From positions 124,001 through 188,000 of the IMG/VR virus record IMGVR_UViG_3300025930_000007: a DNA stretch of 64,000 bases. One strand, written 5' to 3'. How positions within the stretch are numbered: the stretch's first letter is position 1; each line of letters opens with the position of its first letter. Shown one piece after another: positions 8,387-16,375 of this stretch. Position numbers and translations under genes: made by a program. A model generated the notes under the pieces. It saw only the letters and a program-made list of their open reading frames with translations, was not told the DNA's origin and did not search any database.

Positions 8387-8683
8387 ATGATTCCAAAAGG
8401 CCCCTGGCTCGGTCAGATCCCGCTGGTGCTCGGCCCTTCTTCCTGGGGCGCCGGCATGGTGGCGAATCCTGCGGCGATTCCAGCGACTCCTGTTCCTCCG
8501 TTCTTCGGACAGTGGGCGGTATTCGGAAAGGGACAAGGAAGGGTAGGACCTTTCGAGAATCAGATGGACGCCTTCTATGCCGCGATCGATGCCGCGACCT
8601 CGGCTGGAGCGAAGGCTCTTCCGACAGACGGCTTCGCACAAGTCTTTGATTCGATGGGCCGTATGGTAGGGCCTGTCACTTAA
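8387..8683 (+). CDS. small protein with GPWLGQ leader, paralog of 8105-8374
   Basis: End-to-end similarity to the preceding ORF; GGAGG SD. Confidence 0.75.
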   Translation: MIPKGPWLGQIPLVLGPSSWGAGMVANPAAIPATPVPPFFGQWAVFGKGQGRVGPFENQMDAFYAAIDAATSAGAKALPTDGFAQVFDSMGRMVGPVT

Positions 8684-8698
8684 CTTTTTGGGGGTTTT

Positions 8699-8998
8699 AT
8701 GATTCCATTCCGACCTGTTCAGATCGCGCGTCGCCTGGGTCAGGCGGCTCCTCCTGTTCTTCCTCCAGCTCCGGCTGGAACTCCCTCCACGGTCCAGACG
8801 GTACCGGAAGCAGCACCGGCGAATCCCTTCCTGACGACGCTGAAGTGGGGCGTCATCGGCTTCGCGGCCGGCGCTGCCACGGGCTACCTGGTCGGCAAGG
8901 GTGCCGGCAGCAAGGCGGGCGGCGTCCTGGACAGCTTGATCGGCGGCGTCGGTGGCGTGGTCGCCACGGTGCTTCCGCGTCTTCTGGGACTCTCCTAA
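8699..8998 (+). CDS. small Gly-rich membrane protein with RLGQ leader
   Basis: ARRLGQ, Pro linker, two Gly/Ala hydrophobic segments. Confidence 0.7.
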   Translation: MIPFRPVQIARRLGQAAPPVLPPAPAGTPSTVQTVPEAAPANPFLTTLKWGVIGFAAGAATGYLVGKGAGSKAGGVLDSLIGGVGGVVATVLPRLLGLS

Positions 8999-9010
8999 GC
9001 TTGCTTCAGC

Positions 9011-9751
9011 GTGAGCACCTTCAGGTTCGGCGAGATCAAGGTTGAAGTCCATCGGATGGGGCCCGACCCCCTTCATCCGCACAGCGACTTCTATTCAGTC
9101 AAGGTCTCGCATGACGACACCTGGATGGAAAGCATGCTGGAGATGCCCAAGGCCAATCGCACGGCAGGCAGCGACTTCGAAATAGCCTCCAATGTCGTAT
9201 CCAACCTTTACGTCATTGCGTCAGAGCCCGAGGCTTGGGCTGGACAGATGCAATCGATCGGCAGGATGTCCCAGGAGGAGATCGATGCAACGATCTCGGT
9301 TGCAAACAATCTCCGACCGTACCTGAACGAAGCGATCCGTTCCACCAGAGGCAAATTCGATCTGTATAGTGAGCATTTCGAAGCCGGTGTTGGTCCGTAC
9401 GATCCGAGCATGGGGATCGCAAGGAAGCTGGAACTCCCGGAGCACATCGGGAACAAAGAAGAGATCGCTCAGTTCTTCGCCTACCTATACCTCGTGGATC
9501 GAAGCAGTTTCCATCCCGACGAGGACTTCAAGACGTTCGTGGATCGGGAGGGGCGTCCAGCCTACACGCCGGAACAGGCTGAGATCCGGAACATCTTGAT
9601 GCTTGAGGCGATCCAGGCGGCGGAAGCAGAAGACCTGGATATCTACGAGCTCGCTCTCTGGGTCGGCGCCGTGACGGGTGCCAACTTCGATCCCGAGAAC
9701 GAGGAATCGGCTCCTAAATGGATCAAGGCCCTCTCCAAAGAATGGGTGTAG
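9011..9751 (+). CDS. hypothetical two-domain protein
   Basis: 246-aa acidic ORF, internal DPSMG linker. Confidence 0.65.
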   Translation: MSTFRFGEIKVEVHRMGPDPLHPHSDFYSVKVSHDDTWMESMLEMPKANRTAGSDFEIASNVVSNLYVIASEPEAWAGQMQSIGRMSQEEIDATISVANNLRPYLNEAIRSTRGKFDLYSEHFEAGVGPYDPSMGIARKLELPEHIGNKEEIAQFFAYLYLVDRSSFHPDEDFKTFVDREGRPAYTPEQAEIRNILMLEAIQAAEAEDLDIYELALWVGAVTGANFDPENEESAPKWIKALSKEWV

Positions 9752-9754
9752 CCT

Positions 9755-10582
9755 ATGGCCTTCCCCGAAGAGGCCGTCTGGAAAACCCATCATGGGATGA
9801 AGCCTTCGAGCGCCGAGGGTAGCCTGGTCCGAGCGGGTCGATTTGTTATCGGTCCCGATGACATCGTGGAATGGGAAGTCCGGCGATGGGGCGATAAATT
9901 CTACGCCGTAACCAACTATTTCACCTGGGCAGAAGCCTGGGATAACGCATGGATGAAACCATTCCGGAAAGAAAAGGAAGCGGTGGACTTCGCGAGAGCC
10001 CAAGCCGAAATAGGACGCCGGCTGATGCAGGAAAGCCATCAGCGTCATGGCGGCCGCGCGGATCCGCATGAAATCGCCGAGGTCGTCAATAAGAACCGCT
10101 ATGAGCCTCCCCCACCGGGGATGAGTGGGCTTGGAGCCTCGCTAGGTAACAAGGACGAGCCGGTCAAACCCTTCAACAAGATCGGTCACATCAGCGACTG
10201 GGACGGAACTCTTCGAAGTTACAAAGCGCTGTACGCGATACAACGCTTCAACCCAAGGAATGCCGGAGACATCGCCAGGATCTGGATCGAGGAACGGAAT
10301 TCTCCGGTTGATATGTATCAGGTGGAGTTCCCGATGTTCCTGGAGGTCCCGGAGCTCGAGGACTTCGTGCAAAGTAACTTCAGCAATGACGACCTCGAGG
10401 ACAGATATTTCAATTACTACATCACGCATTGGGACCTGACGGATTCCGTACACGATATGTGGAAGCTGTCTCCCGTGCTCAAACTGAACTATCCTGGCCA
10501 CACGCAGATGTTCAATGGAGTCAATATCGGCGCCGGCTGGCACGAGATCCTCGCGAGCGTCAGAAAGAGTCTGGATCGGTGA
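9755..10582 (+). CDS. hypothetical two-domain protein
   Basis: 275-aa ORF, internal PPPPGMSGLGASLG linker. Confidence 0.65.
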   Translation: MAFPEEAVWKTHHGMKPSSAEGSLVRAGRFVIGPDDIVEWEVRRWGDKFYAVTNYFTWAEAWDNAWMKPFRKEKEAVDFARAQAEIGRRLMQESHQRHGGRADPHEIAEVVNKNRYEPPPPGMSGLGASLGNKDEPVKPFNKIGHISDWDGTLRSYKALYAIQRFNPRNAGDIARIWIEERNSPVDMYQVEFPMFLEVPELEDFVQSNFSNDDLEDRYFNYYITHWDLTDSVHDMWKLSPVLKLNYPGHTQMFNGVNIGAGWHEILASVRKSLDR

Positions 10583-11937
10583 TGAGAGAGATCGACCAGG
10601 CCCTGGAGCAATACATCTCCGGTTTCATAAAGCTCATGGAGCAGAATGTCCCCAAACGGCATCTGCACTATCAGTCCTACTTCGATCTGCTCCAGAAGGT
10701 GGGGCGCCTGGCTAATCCGGAGCCTTATACCAAGGCTGAGGAAAAAGAGCTTCTTGATATCTTCGGCGGCCTTTCGAAAACTCCTGAGATCAAACAGTGT
10801 TTTTACAACTCCCAGACCATCGCGCTTGACGGTAGTCTTGGATATGAAGAGGGCTACGTTTTGAACGCGAGGCTGCCGGTCCCCATCGAGCATGCCTGGA
10901 ACACGTTGCCTTCAGGGAAGGCCGTCGACGTGACGATGCGGGATTTTGGCGAGAAGAACACCTGCAACCCTAAGAAACTCCTCGAACGAGCCAAGAAGAA
11001 CCAGGATAACGCCTATATGGGAATGCGTTTCCCTGCAGAAGAAATTCGGAAGTCCTGGATGCGAAACGAGCGATCGCTGATGCTGATCGAAGATCGGGTG
11101 ATCGTGAAGCGGATCTTCGAGAAGGGATATCCATCTTCCTGGCGATCGCCATCGCTCTCAGGCCCGCGGCCGGAAGAAGAATGGCTGAACGAACCGGAAC
11201 GCGAGGGCTTTCCGGCAGATGAAACTCGCTCTCCATTCGAAGGAGATATTCCACCATGGGGGCAGCGGGGCTATCAGCCCGTCTTCCCCATGCGTGCAAA
11301 AGTCTTCTATATCACGGCTTATGTGGGATCCGGTCCCCATGACAAGATCTCCCGGACTCCGTCGCCGGCGAAAAGTCCGGTCATGGGAGCCGCGAGACCC
11401 GTCAAAGACGTTGGAGCCATGCCCGCCGGCGTCCAGTTCGGGTCCGAATACATGTACCATCCCTTCGCGGCTATTCCTGTGCGGAAGGAAGATCTTGCGG
11501 AGGCCGGCCCGGTTGTGGATTACCTGGCTTCCTTGATCGAGGAGCTTGGCGCGTTCGGCAAGATCCTGATGGAGCACAGCTTCCCCGATCAGAAGGCCAC
11601 GGAAGTGCGACTTTCGAATGGCCGCTGGTTTCCTGTCGATATGACCGGGGTCCTCTACGGCGGCGTGACCTATCTCAACGCCTACAACGTCAACCGCTTC
11701 TATGGAGGCCCACACGAGGGCGGCTGGTGGTTTGACGCCGGTGATCCGATCGCCTCAGTCCCACTCCGCGATGAGGATCCAGCCGCGGCGATCGAATGGG
11801 GTGCCTACCTTCGAGACAAAGTCGGCTGGATCTCCCAGCATGATCGTTACTCCGTTCTTGGCCATGATGAATTCGAAATCCGGCCCGACGATTACTTCGC
11901 GCGGTCCTTCCCGGAAGAGACTCCGCGCTACGAATAG
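10582..11937 (+). CDS. multidomain protein with N-terminal transglutaminase/papain-like Cys-His-Asp domain and C-terminal YGGPHEGGWW domain
   Basis: KQCFYNS, YEEGY, PIEHAWN, VDVT; start at the TGATG overlap (10582). Confidence 0.6.
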   Translation: MREIDQALEQYISGFIKLMEQNVPKRHLHYQSYFDLLQKVGRLANPEPYTKAEEKELLDIFGGLSKTPEIKQCFYNSQTIALDGSLGYEEGYVLNARLPVPIEHAWNTLPSGKAVDVTMRDFGEKNTCNPKKLLERAKKNQDNAYMGMRFPAEEIRKSWMRNERSLMLIEDRVIVKRIFEKGYPSSWRSPSLSGPRPEEEWLNEPEREGFPADETRSPFEGDIPPWGQRGYQPVFPMRAKVFYITAYVGSGPHDKISRTPSPAKSPVMGAARPVKDVGAMPAGVQFGSEYMYHPFAAIPVRKEDLAEAGPVVDYLASLIEELGAFGKILMEHSFPDQKATEVRLSNGRWFPVDMTGVLYGGVTYLNAYNVNRFYGGPHEGGWWFDAGDPIASVPLRDEDPAAAIEWGAYLRDKVGWISQHDRYSVLGHDEFEIRPDDYFARSFPEETPRYE

Positions 11938-11945
11938 GGCGAAGC

Positions 11946-12710
11946 ATGCAATTGGCTCGGGGTCTGAAGAAAATCGTGCAGATGTACGGCGAGCGCATCC
12001 TTGCCGCTACAGGCGGTTGGGTGGAATGGGATTCACCACTCGGCTGTGGCCACTACGGATGTGTCTGGGCGCTGGCCAATATTGACCCTGAATACAACAG
12101 TCCTGAGAATTCCTTCCGATATACCGGCCGCTTGCTGAAGATTTCCGTCGATCCAACAGAAGGCCCCGTCGTCGCCGCCATCATGAACACGGGTCTTGAT
12201 AAGAAACTCGACGGCTTGGTTCGATGGGAGGGTGTCTGGCGCATTCCATCCTACATTGGCTCTGCTGCTGGACGCAGTACTGGATGGGTCATCATTCGCG
12301 AAGAAGTGCAACCCTTCAATCGCTTCCGATCGGGACATTTTTCCAGCAGCGGGGACATTTATCCATGGCTGCGGTACCTCGATAAGTACAACGCGTCGAT
12401 TCGTAGAGTCCTGGATCTGAAGACTCTAGCTCTCCGGAATGAGGCCAATTCCGAGGCGAAAGAAGCTCTCAAAGCCTTGATGCGCTTCGAGGAAACTTAC
12501 TACGTGTCCCAAGCTATCGATGCGCTGGCTCTCGAGGGAATCACCCTGGCTGACATCCATGAAGCAAACCTCGGCTGGAGAGTCAATCCTACCGAAGAGC
12601 AGCCTATCCTGGAGGCCCGCTGGACGGATAAATCAGAACGGCCGCCACTCTTGATCTATGATCCGGGCCATTCCCAGGCACCTGCAGTAGAGGTGCCTGA
12701 TCTATGGTGA
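11946..12710 (+). CDS. protein kinase-like fold protein
   Basis: LGCGHYGCVW Gly loop, LLKI, DIHEANLG catalytic loop, IYDPG (DFG-like). Confidence 0.7.
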   Translation: MQLARGLKKIVQMYGERILAATGGWVEWDSPLGCGHYGCVWALANIDPEYNSPENSFRYTGRLLKISVDPTEGPVVAAIMNTGLDKKLDGLVRWEGVWRIPSYIGSAAGRSTGWVIIREEVQPFNRFRSGHFSSSGDIYPWLRYLDKYNASIRRVLDLKTLALRNEANSEAKEALKALMRFEETYYVSQAIDALALEGITLADIHEANLGWRVNPTEEQPILEARWTDKSERPPLLIYDPGHSQAPAVEVPDLW

Positions 12711-13207
12711 ATGAAATCTTCTGGCACCTGACATCGGATCCCGGTTGGAAGCTGAAGCGGGATTATCACCCGATCTACGCTTATGGGGCCGGCACTCCCA
12801 CATCCAGGCCTGGTATTTTCGTCACGGACCAGCCGATCTACTGGTGCCCGTGGATGGGTAAAGGCCCGGTCTACGCTGCGCGGATTTCGGTTCCAAAGGA
12901 AATCCTGCCTCGGCCTTCGGAGAGCCATCCGGAATATCTGATTACGGATCTCGATCAGATCAAAGTCCTCGAATTTCTTCCTCTTGCCGAGATCATCAAA
13001 CGAGGAGAAGAGGAAAAAAGCCGTGGTATCCCTTGGTGGAACCAGCAATACGGCGGGTTCGGCAGCGTCGTGGATTGGTGGTTCTATTACGACCGAAACC
13101 AGGATCGGAAGTATCAACGCAAGGGGCTCGATGAGCTCAAGAAGAAATGGCTTAAAGAACATCCTGGCTTCAAGGATCCGGAAGAATACTACCGGAAACG
13201 CTCATGA
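12704..13207 (+). CDS. hypothetical protein, possible ADP-ribosyltransferase-like fold
   Basis: FWHLT ... GIFVTD ... EYLI spacing resembles the ART core. Confidence 0.4.
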   Translation: MVNEIFWHLTSDPGWKLKRDYHPIYAYGAGTPTSRPGIFVTDQPIYWCPWMGKGPVYAARISVPKEILPRPSESHPEYLITDLDQIKVLEFLPLAEIIKRGEEEKSRGIPWWNQQYGGFGSVVDWWFYYDRNQDRKYQRKGLDELKKKWLKEHPGFKDPEEYYRKRS

Positions 13208-13683
13208 GCGAAGAACGATTTGAAATCGACGGCGTCCATATTGTTTTCGACACCCTACGGGACGAACAGCCTTTGGGTGGTTTCGAGGCATGGGTTCCAG
13301 ACACGAAGTCGGGTCTGGATGGGCTTTATGGAAGTGCTTCTACTCTGGCCGGCCACATGATCGAAGCGGGGCGGTTTACTGTTGCCGCCAAGTGCATTCT
13401 GAAGGATGGTCGCACCGCTGCATGGATCGAATGGCTCGAGGTCGATCCCGCCAGACGGAGAGCAGGTTTGGCAAGCCGTATCCTCAAGGGAACACTTGCC
13501 GCGATGCGCCGTAAGAAAATCGGACAGATCTGGCTGGCTGCTTCGCCGGAGAGGGCTGAGGATCGCGAGGCGTTGCTCCAGCTCTACCGCCGGCATGGCT
13601 TCGATCTCGTACCAGAACCGTGCCGTGACCGTCGGTACGATGGGACGATGAAGGACATCATGGCGGCTTCGCTCGAAGAATAA
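13204..13683 (+). CDS. GNAT acetyltransferase
   Basis: LEVDPARRRAGLASRIL motif A; LYRRHGF. Confidence 0.85.
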   Translation: MSEERFEIDGVHIVFDTLRDEQPLGGFEAWVPDTKSGLDGLYGSASTLAGHMIEAGRFTVAAKCILKDGRTAAWIEWLEVDPARRRAGLASRILKGTLAAMRRKKIGQIWLAASPERAEDREALLQLYRRHGFDLVPEPCRDRRYDGTMKDIMAASLEE

Positions 13684-13684
13684 C

Positions 13685-13713
13685 TTGTTCTCTGGAACCC
13701 TCTGGGATACAAT
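13685..13713 (+). promoter_or_regulatory. sigma70-like promoter
   Basis: TTGTTC-17-TACAAT in the intergenic gap. Confidence 0.45.
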
Positions 13714-13785
13714 TCTGGAGTCTTCCCTCCCCCGGGAAGGCGGCAAGGATGTAGGAAAAGTTTCCGCCCATTTCGGGGGCATTCC

Positions 13786-14466
13786 ATGAAGACGCTCTTC
13801 TCCTTCGGCTTCCAGTCGCACGATCCCTTCACGCTCCGGCATCCCAGCCTGAGCGGGTCTGCGACTCTGGGCCGGCCGATTCCTGTAATGGGACAGGAAA
13901 CCACGGAGTTTGAGCATCTCCGTGTTGCGGAAGCCGAGACGAACGCGGCGGTACGCGATCAACTGGCTGCGATCATCGCCCAGGGAACGCCCAAGGCGGC
14001 CCAGTGGAGAGCCTGGATTGCTGCGCAGTTCGCAAAGGATCCGACTCTGCTCTCGATCTTCAAGGAGCAGTACATCGTCGACAACATCCGCGGCTATCAG
14101 GACATCCTGAACACAGACCAGGCTTCCGTGGATATGGCGTCTCAGAAGATCGCGTCTCAGGATCCTCAGAACTGGTATTTCTCCGAAGACATGCAGATCC
14201 GCGTCGATGAATGGAACCGGGTCCTGGACATCCTCGTCGGTGCCATGAAGGAATACGGCGGCGTCAGGCCCGTCTCCACGGGGACTCCCGTGAAGATGGG
14301 TCCGATGTACAACCCGAAGACCGGCGCCGCGGTTCCGACCAGCATCGCTCCGGGAGCGACATTCAAGACGCCTCCTCCGACTTCGGGCATTCCCACGAAC
14401 ACGCTTCTGGTCGGCGGCGGGATCGCCGCGGCCGCGCTCGCGCTGATTCTGGCGTTGAAGGCCTAA
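13786..14466 (+). CDS. tail-anchored protein with LG/MGQ leader
   Basis: PSLSGSATLGRPIPVMGQ; C-terminal LLVGGGIAAAALALILALKA. Confidence 0.7.
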   Translation: MKTLFSFGFQSHDPFTLRHPSLSGSATLGRPIPVMGQETTEFEHLRVAEAETNAAVRDQLAAIIAQGTPKAAQWRAWIAAQFAKDPTLLSIFKEQYIVDNIRGYQDILNTDQASVDMASQKIASQDPQNWYFSEDMQIRVDEWNRVLDILVGAMKEYGGVRPVSTGTPVKMGPMYNPKTGAAVPTSIAPGATFKTPPPTSGIPTNTLLVGGGIAAAALALILALKA

Positions 14467-14493
14467 TCTTTATATTCAAGACGGAGATCTGAT

Positions 14494-15330
14494 ATGGTGA
14501 TGGGACCTTGCGGACCGTGTGCTCCAGGAGCAACGCCATTCGGCGGCCCGGCCAGCGGCCTTTGGCCATCCGGCTCGGGCATAGGACCTGCGGCTGGGCC
14601 TGTGGGCCCGATCATCTCGCCAACACCTACTCCTACTCCTATTCCGATTCCGACTCCTATCGGTCCTGCCCCTGTAGAGCTCGGCCTGGCGGCCTTCTTC
14701 AAGATCCTCGCAGAAACGGCGATCACGAACGTTCCGACGTCCAACATCATCGGCAACGTCGGCCTCAGCCCGGCCGCTGCCTCGAACATTACCGGGTTCG
14801 CGCTCGTGCTGGACGGCTCCGGCCAGTTCGCGACATCCTCTCAGGTCGCGTCTCCCGGCAAGGTCTACGCGGCCGACTACGCGCCTCCGACGCCGGCCAT
14901 GCTCACAGCCGCGGTCCTGGCGATGCAGACGGCATATACCGATGCTTCCCTCAGGCCCGCAGACTTCACGAACGTGAACGGCGGCAGTCTCGGAGGTCTT
15001 ACGCTTTCGCCGGGCACCTACAAGTTCACGTCGAACGTCAATATCGCATCGGATCTCACTCTCGCCGGTGGTCCGAATGATACCTGGATCTTCCAGGTCG
15101 ATGGGACCTTCGACATGACGGGTGGTGCGGACATCATCCTGACCGGCGGCGCTCAGAAGCAGAATGTCGTCTGGCAGGTCGCCGGCGCGACGACCATCGG
15201 ACCGGGCTCGATCTTCCAGGGGACGCTGCTCGATCAGACGAGCATCGCGCTGCAGACGGGCGCCGAGGCTCACGGCAAGCTGTATGCCCAGAGCGCGGTG
15301 ACGCTGGACAACAACTTCGTCGACGGCTAA
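14494..15330 (+). CDS. ice-binding-like protein (DUF3494/IBP-1) on a Pro/Thr stalk
   Basis: VELG..F.ILA.T.IT.VP.S.I.GNVGLSPAAA, GKVYAADYAPPTP, AYTDA, LGGLTLSPGTYKF, WIFQV, NVVWQVAG, AQSAVTLD. Confidence 0.92.
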   Translation: MVMGPCGPCAPGATPFGGPASGLWPSGSGIGPAAGPVGPIISPTPTPTPIPIPTPIGPAPVELGLAAFFKILAETAITNVPTSNIIGNVGLSPAAASNITGFALVLDGSGQFATSSQVASPGKVYAADYAPPTPAMLTAAVLAMQTAYTDASLRPADFTNVNGGSLGGLTLSPGTYKFTSNVNIASDLTLAGGPNDTWIFQVDGTFDMTGGADIILTGGAQKQNVVWQVAGATTIGPGSIFQGTLLDQTSIALQTGAEAHGKLYAQSAVTLDNNFVDG

Positions 15331-15332
15331 CG

Positions 15333-15671
15333 ATGGCAAAAAGAAGCCTTGAATTCGGGATGCAGCCGCCCAAGGGCACCAAGGTGGCCTGGGGCGCGCG
15401 GGCTATCTTCAAGCCCATCTCCAAGAATCCCATGATCGACATCCTGTGGGATCGGCAGGATGCCTTCGGTGACAAGGAAGAGCGTGAAGATCTGGTGGAA
15501 TGGGTCAGGAAATCCGGAATGCCCTGGCTGAATCAGGAAATGGAAGACAAAGCCAGCTACTCTATCAGCAGATCCCATGAAGTCTTCCGGCACGAGGATG
15601 GGGATTATGTCCTCGAGGCCAGTCCGAAGGGAAGTGCTGGGTATCTCTATATCGGAGCTTGGAAGGAGTAG
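15333..15671 (+). CDS. hypothetical phage protein
   Basis: 112-aa ORF in operon. Confidence 0.65.
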   Translation: MAKRSLEFGMQPPKGTKVAWGARAIFKPISKNPMIDILWDRQDAFGDKEEREDLVEWVRKSGMPWLNQEMEDKASYSISRSHEVFRHEDGDYVLEASPKGSAGYLYIGAWKE

Positions 15672-15674
15672 ATC

Positions 15675-15935
15675 ATGTTTGGAATCTTCTCCGCGCCTCA
15701 CATATCGATTGGCTGGTCCGGCGGCGGCGCCGGCGGCGGCCCTGATACCGGCGCCGGGATTCCTCCTGGCGGCTTCCCCGGCATCTACCCAGGTGCAGGC
15801 GTCTCCAACTCCGGCTGGGCCGGCCTCACGGAGTTCCAGCAAGAGCAGCTCAAGAAAGACTGCGTCAAGAAGGGCACGTGCGTCCTCGGGCCTCCCGCAA
15901 GCTTCCTGGGATCCAAGCCTAAGGGCTGGCGCTAA
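15675..15935 (+). CDS. Gly-rich small protein
   Basis: AAGGAG SD; 86 aa. Confidence 0.55.
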   Translation: MFGIFSAPHISIGWSGGGAGGGPDTGAGIPPGGFPGIYPGAGVSNSGWAGLTEFQQEQLKKDCVKKGTCVLGPPASFLGSKPKGWR

Positions 15936-15947
15936 GGCCGCCGAGAT

Positions 15948-16331
15948 GTGTTCACGATCGCCAAGCTCATAGACACAGATCCCGACCGCGCAACCTTCCT
16001 GACGACGAATCTGTTCGTATTCGACGAGGAGTCCAAGCGCCTTACGGTCATCATGGTTTTCGTTGATCGTAGAGAGATCCTTTGGGCGAAATTGCTTGGC
16101 TGTGGACCAGGGCCTAAAACCTTCCGGGAAGTATTCCAAGAGCTTCAAAGGGGAATGGAAGAAGCTCCGGATAATACACGGTTGATCTACAAAGAACATA
16201 TCCGCGACATCAACGATGTCGAAGACTTCGCAATCGAGCATTTCAAAGAGTACGTCGAAGGGATTTCCATCATGGGGACCCATGAGGACATCGCGGAGAT
16301 CCTGCACCGCTGCTTCAAGATCCCTGTCTGA
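15948..16331 (+). CDS. hypothetical protein, possibly related to 23297 and 23683
   Basis: GTG-TTC start, similar length and N-terminal pattern. Confidence 0.6.
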   Translation: MFTIAKLIDTDPDRATFLTTNLFVFDEESKRLTVIMVFVDRREILWAKLLGCGPGPKTFREVFQELQRGMEEAPDNTRLIYKEHIRDINDVEDFAIEHFKEYVEGISIMGTHEDIAEILHRCFKIPV

Positions 16332-16337
16332 GACAAC

Positions 16338-16367
16338 TTGACTTTAGCGGTAGCCACGGTTTACCAT
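16338..16367 (+). promoter_or_regulatory. sigma70-like promoter with inverted GTAAAC box
   Basis: TTGACT-18-TACCAT; CACGGTTTAC overlaps the -10. Confidence 0.6.
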
Positions 16368-16375
16368 AGCAGGGA

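Noticed and set aside
14620-14660. Short tandem DNA repeats (CCTACT/CCGATT; similar near 27.5 and 63.06 kb) as CRISPR or VNTR
   Set aside because: They encode Pro/Thr stalks; there is no repeat-spacer structure and no cas gene.
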